Source: Candidatus Omnitrophota bacterium
GTDB lineage: Bacteria > Omnitrophota > Gorgyraeia > Aquiviventales > Aquiviventaceae
Length of the DNA: 64,000 bases
Assembly: GCA_023247255.1 (NCBI GenBank)
Contig: JAHFGV010000005.1
Location: 6,067-70,066, forward strand
Direction of reading: 5' to 3'
A program made the position numbers and the translations under genes. Shown piece after piece: positions 43,767-53,888 of the stretch. The notes under the pieces are model-generated. The model had not been told where the DNA came from, did not search any database, and worked only from the letters and a program-made list of their open reading frames with translations. Numbering within the stretch: position 1 is the stretch's first letter; each line of letters begins with the position of its first letter.

Positions 43767-45365
43767 GTGGCGGCTCCGGTCAACCGGCCGATGACGGAAG
43801 CGTTGAGGATGCGTCTCGGTATGCTGATTGCGGTGGTTGCGCTAGGCTCAGGGTGCGCCAAGGAGCCATCCGCAACACTCTCGAGCGCGAAACCGTCTGT
43901 GACCCCGCAGATCGTTGAAATGGGCCGGCGGCTTTACAACAAGCAGTGCGCGGTCTGTCATGGCCCGAAGGGCGCGGGCGACGGCCAGGCAGCTTACCTC
44001 CTCTATCCTAAGCCGCGCGATTTCACACAAAACGAATTCCGACTTGTCTCGACCAGCACGATGCAGGCCACCGATGAAGATCTGTTTCTCACCATTACCC
44101 GTGGGACGCCCGGCTCCGCGATGCCCTCCTGGGAGACGCTGACGTCGGAGCAGCGCTGGGCGTTGGTGTATTACGTTCGCCACCTCACGGGTGCGAGCGA
44201 ATCCATTGATCCAGCCTCAATCATCCACGTCCCTCCAGAGACGCCGAAGACCCCCGAGAGCATCGCGCGTGGCCGCCAAATTTTTGTCCAGGCGTGCGCG
44301 TCCTGCCATGGGCCACAAGGCCGCGGTGATGGGCAGCAGGTCATGGCGGACAACGCCGGATATCCTATCAAGCCACGCGATCTCACCGCAGGCGTCTTTA
44401 AGGGGTCGTCTGAGAGCAACGATTTGTATTACCGAATTGTCGCTGGATTGCCGGGCAGCCCGATGCCAAGTTACGCTGACGTCTACACCGACGAGCAGTT
44501 GTGGGATCTCATCCACTACGTTCAATCGCTCGTACCGTCGGGAGTCGAGGATCGCGTCCGCATGCATGCACGGAGCATCCGCGCCCATCGGGTCAGAGGC
44601 GACATCCCATTAGAACCGACAGCGAAAATCTGGAGCACGAGACAACCGGTCTCTATCGCCCTCACACCATTGTGGTGGCGCGATCACCGAGTCGAAGGGG
44701 TCGAGGTCAAAGCGTTGCACAACGGCAAAGAGCTCGCGCTTCAATTGTCATGGAACGACCAGACGCGTGACAACTCGACCCTCACCCCGCAGGCGTTTTC
44801 CGATGGTGTCGCGGTAGAATTCTCCTTAGAACAGGACCCGCCGTTCTTTGGGATGGGTGACGCAAACGGAGTCGTGCAGATATGGCACTGGAAAGCCTCC
44901 TGGCAGGAGGACCTCAAGGGCTGGCAGGACGTGGAGACCGCCTACCCCAATGCTGCCGTGGATTGGTATCCCGCACAGCGTGACTATCAGCACGGTGAAC
45001 CCTCCGAGGTGAGCCAGTCGAGGACGGCCTCGCAGGACCCACGGTTCATGGGCGGATGGGGAGCGGGCAATCCCCTCTCCGATCCGAATCGAACGTCAGC
45101 GGCTGAGGAAGCGATGGCCAAGGGATTGGGGACGCTGACCTCACGCGCACCTTCGATGCAACGGATCCAAGCGGATGGTCTCTGGCAAGACGGTCGGTGG
45201 CAGGTCGTGCTGCATCGACCGCTTGCGCCCAACGAGGAGGGGGATCTGAGGCTGAAGCCTGGGCAGCAAGTCAGCGCGGCGTTTGCGATCTGGGATGGCC
45301 ATGCCGGGGATCGCAACGGCCAAAAGAGCGTGTCGATTTGGAACATCTTGGAGCTGGAGCGATAG
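43767..45365 (+). CDS. NxrC/EbdC-like gamma subunit candidate: lipoprotein with two class-I cytochrome c domains plus an EB_dh haem-b domain
   Basis: Lipobox VALGSGC. CAVCH and CASCH, each with a downstream MP(S). C-terminal EB_dh-like region FSDGVAVEF..FFGMG..VQIWHWKASW. GTG start, with ATG 43791 or 43809 as alternatives. Confidence 0.7.
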   Translation: MAAPVNRPMTEALRMRLGMLIAVVALGSGCAKEPSATLSSAKPSVTPQIVEMGRRLYNKQCAVCHGPKGAGDGQAAYLLYPKPRDFTQNEFRLVSTSTMQATDEDLFLTITRGTPGSAMPSWETLTSEQRWALVYYVRHLTGASESIDPASIIHVPPETPKTPESIARGRQIFVQACASCHGPQGRGDGQQVMADNAGYPIKPRDLTAGVFKGSSESNDLYYRIVAGLPGSPMPSYADVYTDEQLWDLIHYVQSLVPSGVEDRVRMHARSIRAHRVRGDIPLEPTAKIWSTRQPVSIALTPLWWRDHRVEGVEVKALHNGKELALQLSWNDQTRDNSTLTPQAFSDGVAVEFSLEQDPPFFGMGDANGVVQIWHWKASWQEDLKGWQDVETAYPNAAVDWYPAQRDYQHGEPSEVSQSRTASQDPRFMGGWGAGNPLSDPNRTSAAEEAMAKGLGTLTSRAPSMQRIQADGLWQDGRWQVVLHRPLAPNEEGDLRLKPGQQVSAAFAIWDGHAGDRNGQKSVSIWNILELER

Positions 45366-45367
45366 CC

Positions 45368-48300
45368 ATGTATCTGACGCGTCGTCAGTTTTTAAAACTC
45401 TCAGGAGCTACTGGAATCGGGTTGTATCTCGCCTCACGCGAGGTCTCGCTCTGGGCGCTGGAGCCGGTGAGCGAGATAGAGAATCCGCTCGCCTACTATC
45501 CTTCGCGAGACTGGGAGAAGCTCTACCGCGACCAGTACCGGTATGACAGCACCTTCTCCTGGGTCTGCTCGCCCAACGACACGCACGCCTGCCGGGTCCT
45601 GGCGTACGTGAGAAACGGCGTCGTGGTGCGTCTTGGCTCAGAGTACAACTATGAAACCTACGCCGACCTGTACGGAAACAAGGCCACTCCCAACTGGAAC
45701 CCGCGCCAGTGCGCCAAAGGTTTCACCTTTCATCGGCTCATCTACGGTCCTTACCGCTTGAAACATCCCATCATCCGTAACGGTTGGAAGCGCTGGGCCG
45801 ACGACGGATTCCCAACGCTGACCCCTGAGAAAAAGACACAATACAAGTTTGACTCGCGCGGCACAGACACTTTTGAAAAAATCAGTTGGGAGGATATCTA
45901 CGGCTACATTGCCCGCGGCCTCATCGCTATCGCTACGCGCTACAGCGGCGAGCCGGGCATAACACTCCTGCGCGCACAGGGCTATCCCGAGGAAATGATC
46001 CAAGCGATGGGTGGGGCCGGGACACGGACCTTGAAGTTCCGCGGCGGGATGGGCCTGCTTGGGGTGTTTGGCAAGTACGGCATGTACCGACTGGCGAACA
46101 CGATGGCGCTTCTCGATGTCCACCTGCGCGGTGTCAAGCCTGAGGAGGCGAAGGCCGGACGGACGTGGTCCAACTACACGTGGCACGGCGATCAGGCGCC
46201 GGGGCATCCCTGGGTGCATGGATTGCAGAACGCCGACTGCGATTTCAACGACCTTCGTTTTTCCAAGCTGATCATCCAGGACGGCAAGAACCTCTGCGAG
46301 AACAAGATGACCGACTCGCACTGGTTCATTGAATGTATGGAGCGTGGGGCAAAGCTGGTGACGATCGCGCCCGAATACAGCCCGCCGGCGTCGAAGTCGG
46401 ACTATTGGATTCCGATTCGCCCGCAGACCGATGCCGCGCTCTTCTTGGGTATCACGCGCCTCATGATCGACCGAGGCTGGTACGACCGGGAGTTTATCCT
46501 GAACTTCACCGACTTTCCGCTCTTGGTGCGAACCGACACCCTGCGGCGCCTTCGAGCGAATGAGATCCTGCCGGGCTACCAAGGGCAGTTGTCCAAGGAC
46601 GGCCCAAGCTACAAGCTCCAGGGATTGAAGGACGAGCAGTATGCCAAGTTGGGGGACTTCGTCGTCTGGGATGAATCCTCCGGAGCGCCCGCCGCAATCA
46701 CACGCGACGACGTCGGCAAGCGTCTCGTACAGAAAGGCGTCCACCCCGCGCTTGAAGGGACGTTTACACTCAACACGGTGGATGGGAAGCGTATTGAGGT
46801 GATGACGCTCTTTTCGCTCTATCAACTCCACCTCAAGGACTACGACCTTGATACCGTGCATGAGATCACTCGCGCGCCGAGAGAGCAGATCGAACAACTC
46901 GCGAAGGACATCGCCACTATCTCGCCAGTCGCGATCCACCAAGGCGAGGGCATCAACCACTACTTCCACGCCACCGAGGCCAATCGCGCCGCCTATCTGC
47001 CGCTGATGCTGACCGGCAACATCGGCCAACGCGGTGCTGGCTGCTACGGATGGGCCGGCAACTACAAGGCTGCGCTTTTCCAAGGCTCTCCATGGACCGG
47101 TCCGGGATTCAAAGGCTGGGTGGCCGAGGATCCGTTTGAGCCTAACCTTGACCCCAACGCGCACGGGAAAGACATCCACGCGCACGCCTACTTCAAGGAC
47201 GAAGAGCCGGCTTATTGGAACCACGGGGATAAGCCGCTGATCGTCGAGACGCCCAAGGGCGGCCGCAAGGTCTTCACCGGCAACACTCACATGCCCACAC
47301 CCACAAAGGCGATGCTTTTCACCAACGTGAACCTCATCAACAATGCCAAGTGGGTCTATGAGATGCTCAAGAACGTCAACCCGAATGTCGAGATGATCCT
47401 TTCTATCGACATCCAAATGACCGCTTCGATCGAATACGCGGACTTAGCACTGCCGGCGAATAGCTGGCTTGAGTTCGAGGGGCTGGAGGTTACGGCGTCA
47501 TGCTCCAACCCTTTCCTCCAGATCTGGAAGGGCGGGATTCCGCCTGTGTTCGACAGCCGGGATGATCTGGTGATTCTCGCCCAGATCGCCGAAGCGCTCG
47601 GCAAGGAAATCGGCGATACGCGCTGCAGCGACTACTGGAAGTTTGCGCTCGAGGGCAAGCGCGAAGTCTACATCCAGCGGCTGCTGGATTCCTGCACGAC
47701 GACGGTTGGCTATCGTCTGGAGGACATCATGGCGGGCAAGTACGGGCCGCCGGGGGCGGCACTCATGCTCTTTCGCACCTATCCCCGGATCCCCTTCTGG
47801 GAGCAGGTGCACGAGGACTTACCTTTCTACACCGACCACGGGAGGCTTTCGGCCTACACCGATGTGCCCGAGGCGATCGAGTACGGCGAGAATTTCATCG
47901 TCCACCGTGAAGGTGCGGAGGCGACACCCTACCTGCCGAACGTCATCGTCAGCAGCAACCCGTACATCCGCCCCAACGATTACGGTATTCCCTTATCGGC
48001 GGAGCACTGGGATGACCGCACGGTGCGCAACGTGAAGATGCCGTGGGATCAGGTCAAAGGCACAAAGAATTTCCTCTGGGAAAAGGGCTTTCAGTTTTAC
48101 TGTCTAACTCCCAAGAGCCGCCATCGCGTCCACTCGCTTTGGAGCAACGTGGACTGGCACCAAATCTGGGACTCCAACTTCGGCGATCCCTACCGGATGG
48201 ACAAACGCAGCCCTGGTGTTGGCGAACACCAGGTTCACATGAATCCCCAGGCGGCAAAGGATTTAGGGATCAATGACGGCGATTACGCCTATGTCGATGC

Positions 48301-48820
48301 GAATCCAGCAGATCGTCCCTACATTGGGGCGAAACCTGACGATCCGTTCTATCGGGTGGCGCGGCTGATGCTGCGTGTCAAGTACAACGCAGCCTACCCG
48401 TACAACGTCGTCATGATGAAGCACGGGACCTATATTGCCACCGAGAAATCTGTGAAGGCCCACGAGACGCGCAAGGATGGACGGGCCCTCTCCGCTGACA
48501 CCGGCTACCAGGCGAACTTCCGCTACGGGTCGCAGCAGAGTGTCACGCGCAACTGGCACATGCCGATGCACCAGACCGACTCACTCTTCCACAAGGCGAA
48601 GGTCTTCATGGGCTTTCTCTTCGGCGGCGAGGCGGACAATCACGCGGTCAACACGGTTCCGAAAGAGACGCTGGTGCGCGTGACGAAAGCGGAAGACGGC
48701 GGGTTGGGTGGCCAGGGCGTGTGGGCTCCGGCGACGACCGGCTATACCCCGGCCAACGAGAACGACACGATGAAGAAGTACCTCGAAGGCCGGTTCGTTG
48801 AGGAGAGCAAGAAATGGTAA
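45368..48820 (+). CDS. nxrA: periplasmic NxrA/NarG-type molybdopterin (bis-MGD) oxidoreductase alpha subunit
   Basis: ATG 45368, 1150 aa. TAT signal MYLTRRQFLKLSG. The N-terminal FeS region WVCSPNDTHACRV...RQCAKG resembles Nitrospira/anammox NxrA as I recall it. Confidence 0.85.
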   Translation: MYLTRRQFLKLSGATGIGLYLASREVSLWALEPVSEIENPLAYYPSRDWEKLYRDQYRYDSTFSWVCSPNDTHACRVLAYVRNGVVVRLGSEYNYETYADLYGNKATPNWNPRQCAKGFTFHRLIYGPYRLKHPIIRNGWKRWADDGFPTLTPEKKTQYKFDSRGTDTFEKISWEDIYGYIARGLIAIATRYSGEPGITLLRAQGYPEEMIQAMGGAGTRTLKFRGGMGLLGVFGKYGMYRLANTMALLDVHLRGVKPEEAKAGRTWSNYTWHGDQAPGHPWVHGLQNADCDFNDLRFSKLIIQDGKNLCENKMTDSHWFIECMERGAKLVTIAPEYSPPASKSDYWIPIRPQTDAALFLGITRLMIDRGWYDREFILNFTDFPLLVRTDTLRRLRANEILPGYQGQLSKDGPSYKLQGLKDEQYAKLGDFVVWDESSGAPAAITRDDVGKRLVQKGVHPALEGTFTLNTVDGKRIEVMTLFSLYQLHLKDYDLDTVHEITRAPREQIEQLAKDIATISPVAIHQGEGINHYFHATEANRAAYLPLMLTGNIGQRGAGCYGWAGNYKAALFQGSPWTGPGFKGWVAEDPFEPNLDPNAHGKDIHAHAYFKDEEPAYWNHGDKPLIVETPKGGRKVFTGNTHMPTPTKAMLFTNVNLINNAKWVYEMLKNVNPNVEMILSIDIQMTASIEYADLALPANSWLEFEGLEVTASCSNPFLQIWKGGIPPVFDSRDDLVILAQIAEALGKEIGDTRCSDYWKFALEGKREVYIQRLLDSCTTTVGYRLEDIMAGKYGPPGAALMLFRTYPRIPFWEQVHEDLPFYTDHGRLSAYTDVPEAIEYGENFIVHREGAEATPYLPNVIVSSNPYIRPNDYGIPLSAEHWDDRTVRNVKMPWDQVKGTKNFLWEKGFQFYCLTPKSRHRVHSLWSNVDWHQIWDSNFGDPYRMDKRSPGVGEHQVHMNPQAAKDLGINDGDYAYVDANPADRPYIGAKPDDPFYRVARLMLRVKYNAAYPYNVVMMKHGTYIATEKSVKAHETRKDGRALSADTGYQANFRYGSQQSVTRNWHMPMHQTDSLFHKAKVFMGFLFGGEADNHAVNTVPKETLVRVTKAEDGGLGGQGVWAPATTGYTPANENDTMKKYLEGRFVEESKKW

Positions 48821-49521
48821 ACGAGAGCCGCGCTTACCGCAATCGATGGAAATATCTATGTGCAGGGCTTACGAGCGTCATGCTCGTTCTAGGACTCACT
48901 CCAATGAGCTGGGCGAGGGATGATCTCCAGGTGTGGAATACCATCGAGCTCAGCAAGCGGCTCGGTCCACATTGGGAGGTGTTTTTCCTTCCGGAGATAC
49001 GGATACGCGATGATGCGGGCGAGTTCTTTTACCACGAGTACCGCCAGGGTGTGCGCTACAAGCCCTCCAAACACTGGCAACTCGGGCTCAATTACCTATT
49101 CGTTCGCAACGAGTCCTCCGGCAAACCGCTCGAGGAGCATACCGGCGAGCTCGACCTCACGCCTAAAACGACGCTAGGCCCCCTCGAGGTCTCTCTGCGA
49201 GGGCGGCTGGCGCTGCGGACCATTCAAGGCAGCACCGGCGAGCAGGAATGGCAGTTTCGAGTGATGCCGAAGGTCGCGTATCCGACCCAGTTCGTCGGTC
49301 ACAAGCTCATCCCCTACGCCGCCGATGATCTGTACTACGACTACACCCGCGACGCGTGGAACCAGAACCGGGTGTTCCTTGGTCTTGCCATCCCCATGGG
49401 CAAGGCGCTTGGCGCCGAGACGACGGTGGATGTCTACTACATGCTCCAGAGTCAACTCGGCAAACGGCACGACTGGAGCAGCAGCCACGTCCTGGGGACG
49501 AAACTGAGTGTCAGATTTTGA
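48814..49521 (+). CDS. small outer-membrane beta-barrel protein (DUF2490-like)
   Basis: 235 aa with a signal peptide (..TPMSWA) and amphipathic strand pattern. The C-terminal ..GTKLSVRF ends in Phe. Overlaps the nxrA stop (ATGGTAA). Confidence 0.5.
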   Translation: MVNESRAYRNRWKYLCAGLTSVMLVLGLTPMSWARDDLQVWNTIELSKRLGPHWEVFFLPEIRIRDDAGEFFYHEYRQGVRYKPSKHWQLGLNYLFVRNESSGKPLEEHTGELDLTPKTTLGPLEVSLRGRLALRTIQGSTGEQEWQFRVMPKVAYPTQFVGHKLIPYAADDLYYDYTRDAWNQNRVFLGLAIPMGKALGAETTVDVYYMLQSQLGKRHDWSSSHVLGTKLSVRF

Positions 49522-49541
49522 CGAGATGAGGCGTGTGAGCG

Positions 49542-49818
49542 ATGCCGTATAAGGAACCCGAACCGGATGATCCTTTGGAGCTGACGGGAGTCGTCCTACC
49601 TGCTTCGGACGAGACGTCACTGAAGGAAATGGCCGTGTGTTTCGTCGAAGAGTTCCTGCGCGACGGCTGGTCGGATGAGCAGCTTCGTGCGATGTTCCGC
49701 AATCCCTACTACCGAGGTCCCTACCTCGTGTGGCGGCAGAAGGGCGATGCATACGTGGAGGCTGTGATCCAGGAAGTCCGTCACATCTGGCGCCCCAACG
49801 CAGCCGGAGGAGCGACTC

Positions 49819-49826
<8 letters not shown>
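49542..49826 (+). CDS. hypothetical 94-aa protein
   Basis: Acidic N-terminus and W/Y-rich core, with no signal peptide. The stop overlaps the nxrB start by 8 nt, suggesting co-translation. Confidence 0.35.
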
Positions 49827-51057
<1,231 letters not shown>

Positions 51058-51087
51058 ATTTTGCTGCGCAACATTTATTAACCGGAT

Positions 51088-51867
51088 ATGAATCCTACGA
51101 TAAATCTTCCTTCGGAAAATTTAATTGAGGACCTGCTGGCGAGAAGCGCCGTCTATCATGCGCTGTCGCTGCTGCTGCGCCATCCAGACGCGGCCGCCAT
51201 GAAGTGGCTGTCGATGCGGGAATATCAGCGGCTGGCTGAGGTCGTGGAGATGCTGACGAAGGAACGAAAGGGATCATTGCACGAGGCTGTGCGGTATATG
51301 ATGACGGCGTTCGAGGGGGTGTCGATTGCGGAGTGGACCCGCGACTATGAACGGATCTTCGGACACTCGGTCCAGAGCGCGGCGCCACCCTATGAACTGG
51401 AGTACGGCGAGGAGCACAGCCATCGGCAGCCGCAGGAGCTGGGCGATATCGCGGCATTCTATCGAGCGTTCGGCCTTCGCGTGGCCTTTGCCTCGCATGA
51501 GCGGATCGATCATATCGTCACGGAGTGCGACTTCATGCAGTACCTGCTCTATAAGCAAGCCTGTGCACTTGATGAGGGGAGCGAGGAGCGGGCGGATGTG
51601 TGCGAAACGGCAGCCCAGCAGTTCCTCGCTGATCACCTCGGTCGCTGGGGTCCGGCCTTTGCCCTAAGACTCTCGCGAGCGGCTGAGCAGAGAGTCTTGG
51701 GAGCGCTTGCCGATACGACCCTGGCATGGCTGGTGCAGGATTGCGAGCGTATGCAGGTGCCTACCGGATCACGCGACCTCCCGCTGCGACTGCCCAAGGA
51801 ACGGGATGAGGTGGGATGCGCAGCGTGCGCACCTCAGCAGCTAGGAAATACTGATGGCAAGCGTTGA
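51088..51867 (+). CDS. TorD/NarJ-family redox enzyme maturation chaperone
   Basis: 259 aa with the pattern YHALSLLL...EYERIFG...PPYELEYG...DHI..ECDFMQYL. Confidence 0.7.
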   Translation: MNPTINLPSENLIEDLLARSAVYHALSLLLRHPDAAAMKWLSMREYQRLAEVVEMLTKERKGSLHEAVRYMMTAFEGVSIAEWTRDYERIFGHSVQSAAPPYELEYGEEHSHRQPQELGDIAAFYRAFGLRVAFASHERIDHIVTECDFMQYLLYKQACALDEGSEERADVCETAAQQFLADHLGRWGPAFALRLSRAAEQRVLGALADTTLAWLVQDCERMQVPTGSRDLPLRLPKERDEVGCAACAPQQLGNTDGKR

Positions 51868-52801
51868 TGTCCAGTTTGATCCAGCATTTGTGGAAGAGAC
51901 GGTTTTCCTTGAATTGAGGAACCGGGAAGCCCTCGGCAATTGCGCGATGGCGCAGGCGTTTCATGTACAGCGCAGCGCCCTCTATGACACCACGACCGCA
52001 ACAGGCGAGCGCGAGGCGCGATTTCAGCAGCTGGCAGCCCGCTATTTCCAGGAGCTTGGATTCTCCGAGCTCTTTGCGAAACGGTTCGAAGAGTTTCCGC
52101 TGATCGGAGCGCATGTTCCTGTTGCGCTGGTGCGACGCGCCTGGAGCCGCAAGGAAGAGCGCGTTGAGTTATACGTTCCCCCTACGCCCGGTGGGGGCTC
52201 AAGCCTCAAAGCTTTTCCGACGCTGTGGATCGGTTTTCAGGTCGCCCGGTGCTTAAATCGCGAGCAGCTCGTGGCGTTCCTGCGGCATGAGCTCATGCAC
52301 ATCTCTGATATGTTTGACCCGGCGTTCGGGTACCAACCGCATCCAGACTTCGGCGCGGAGTGTGAAACAGAAGAGGACCTAATCCGTAAGCGCTTCCGAT
52401 TGCTGTGGAACCTCGTTGTGGATGGGCGGATGCGCCGGAAGGGCTGGCCGGCCGTTGACCATGGAACGACACGTCTTCGGGAGTTTGAGCGGGCGTTTGC
52501 CTCCTGGGACCCGCAGCGCCGCGAGGCGGTGTGGCCGGATCTTGGCAACCGAGCATCCTGCACGCAACGTGAGCTCCTGGAACTGGCGAAGGACGAACGT
52601 CTCACCCGGATGCTGGGGCAAGGCGGCGTTCGCTGCCCCTTGTGCCATTTTCCGACGCGGGAGGGCGTGTGCGATTGGCGTGGCGAACGCGCGGCTGTTG
52701 CTGAAGCGATCCAAACGGATTACGCCTGGTGGGATCCGGTTCAGGGAGCATGCCGGCAGTGCTTCGAGTTGTATCGCGCAAGGCTACCGGTGATGGGATG
52801 A
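51854..52801 (+). CDS. hypothetical HExxH-motif protein with C-terminal Cys4 zinc ribbon
   Basis: 315 aa with LRHELMHISD (HExxH) and CPLCH..C..CRQC near the C-terminus. Overlaps both neighbouring genes. Confidence 0.45.
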   Translation: MASVDVQFDPAFVEETVFLELRNREALGNCAMAQAFHVQRSALYDTTTATGEREARFQQLAARYFQELGFSELFAKRFEEFPLIGAHVPVALVRRAWSRKEERVELYVPPTPGGGSSLKAFPTLWIGFQVARCLNREQLVAFLRHELMHISDMFDPAFGYQPHPDFGAECETEEDLIRKRFRLLWNLVVDGRMRRKGWPAVDHGTTRLREFERAFASWDPQRREAVWPDLGNRASCTQRELLELAKDERLTRMLGQGGVRCPLCHFPTREGVCDWRGERAAVAEAIQTDYAWWDPVQGACRQCFELYRARLPVMG

Positions 52802-53172
52802 CGCGCGAAGACGCAAATGCGACGAACGGCGAAATCAATCGGCGCACGTTTCTCGCCTCGGCGCCTCGGCACCTGCTGGACGGGCTGAGAGCGCTGATGA
52901 GCGATCTCAGAGGGCTCTCGCCGCCTGTCTTGGATGACCAGGCATGGCCGCTTCCTCGAAAGGTGGCGATGCTGGATGTCTCGCGGTGTCTCGCGTGGGG
53001 AGGAGGGGGCTGTCAGGTGTGTTATCTCCGGTGTCCCCTGCGTGAGCGTGCGATGGTGTTTGAGGATGGCAAACCAACGGTGGTGGCTTCCATGTGCGAC
53101 GGCTGTGGTGTCTGTGTCGAGGCGTGCGAAGCCGTCAATGACCTTGGAGCGATGACGCGTGTGAGTGTATGA
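52798..53172 (+). CDS. TAT-signal 4Fe-4S ferredoxin-like protein
   Basis: ATG 52798 overlaps the upstream stop. NRRTFLAS, then the Cys clusters CLAWGGGGCQVCYLRCP and CDGCGVCVEAC. Confidence 0.6.
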   Translation: MTREDANATNGEINRRTFLASAPRHLLDGLRALMSDLRGLSPPVLDDQAWPLPRKVAMLDVSRCLAWGGGGCQVCYLRCPLRERAMVFEDGKPTVVASMCDGCGVCVEACEAVNDLGAMTRVSV

Positions 53173-53182
53173 CGCGCGTCAG
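53169..53182. promoter_or_regulatory. Crp/Fnr-type dyad site 5
   Basis: ATGAC-GCGC-GTCAG (9/10). TAGGGT lies at 53204-53209. Confidence 0.4.
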
Positions 53183-53347
53183 GGTTCTTTGGGGTGTGAT
53201 CGCGTAGGGTACGTGGTGGGATGACAATTCGAAACGACGCTCCGAGTTCAGCGACCTAAGCTCGCGTGATGGCGGGGATGGTCCCTGAACCCCTGTCCCA
53301 CACGCAACGCCGCGTGTAGGACCGGGCCGGGAAGGAAACGACTCGGC

Positions 53348-53432
53348 CTCCTCGTGTTCGGAAAGGAGACGGCAGGCTGGAGTATCGTCAAGCCAGCTTC
53401 TCTTTCCACACGAGGAGCTGGCTTGTTTCGTC
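53348..53432 (+). promoter_or_regulatory. leader RNA with alternative stems (attenuator or riboswitch candidate)
   Basis: Stem CTCCTCGTGT (53348-57) / ACACGAGGAG (53408-17) competes with the terminator-like stem AAGCCAGCT (53390-98) / AGCTGGCTT (53416-24), which is followed by GTTTCGT. Confidence 0.3.
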
Positions 53433-53450
53433 ACTGAGGGACGGTACCCG

Positions 53451-53732
53451 ATGCAGGAACAACGTGTGACGCTCTGGTGCAAGGTGTTGGGTCGGCTGGT
53501 TGAGGTGGTCATCGCCAGGAATCACCATGCCCAGCCACCAGTCCCAGGGGTCCCTGAAGGCTGGAAGGTAACGGAGTGTCTGGAGAAAGACACGCCGTGT
53601 TTTGGCAAGGGCTGTCCGTTCACTACGGATGGTGGAGAGTCCCCCTTTGGGGAGGCGGGCGAGCTGCCCGATCTCTCCTCTGAGTCGTTCGATCCGCTCG
53701 CTGAACCAGGGTCTGAGGGAAAGGGTAGTTGA
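53451..53732 (+). CDS. hypothetical 93-aa protein
   Basis: Track ORF only. Cys-containing core (WKVTECLEKDTPCFGKGCPF) with an acidic tail. No family recognised. Confidence 0.3.
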   Translation: MQEQRVTLWCKVLGRLVEVVIARNHHAQPPVPGVPEGWKVTECLEKDTPCFGKGCPFTTDGGESPFGEAGELPDLSSESFDPLAEPGSEGKGS

Positions 53733-53888
53733 CCCCACCACCTGTCTGTCAAGGCAGCTCCGTTGTTCCACGCTGACAGGATGCCTTGATGGACGTGACA
53801 GGGAATCGGACACGATGTTTCGGTATACAGTAAAAAGATTAGTAGGCACGTCCAAGACCGCCGTCTGCGGTTCCAGCCAGGTGGTGCG

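Noticed and set aside
45638-47416. 592-aa ORF on the minus strand inside nxrA. Similar long antisense ORFs occur at 34586..35572, 50062..51042, 16631..17497, 17466..18260, 54281..55105, 49174..49881 and 31724..32458.
   Set aside because: Each lies opposite a + strand gene with unmistakable family motifs. Their products are Arg/Pro/Gly-rich and low in complexity, as expected for stop-poor shadow frames in GC-rich DNA.
53340-53375. A firm call of a Moco riboswitch upstream of moaA.
   Set aside because: I can only partly recall the consensus. The matching words (CGGCCTCC, GGAAAGGAG) are short and their orientation is ambiguous. It is kept only as a candidate structured leader pending cmsearch.
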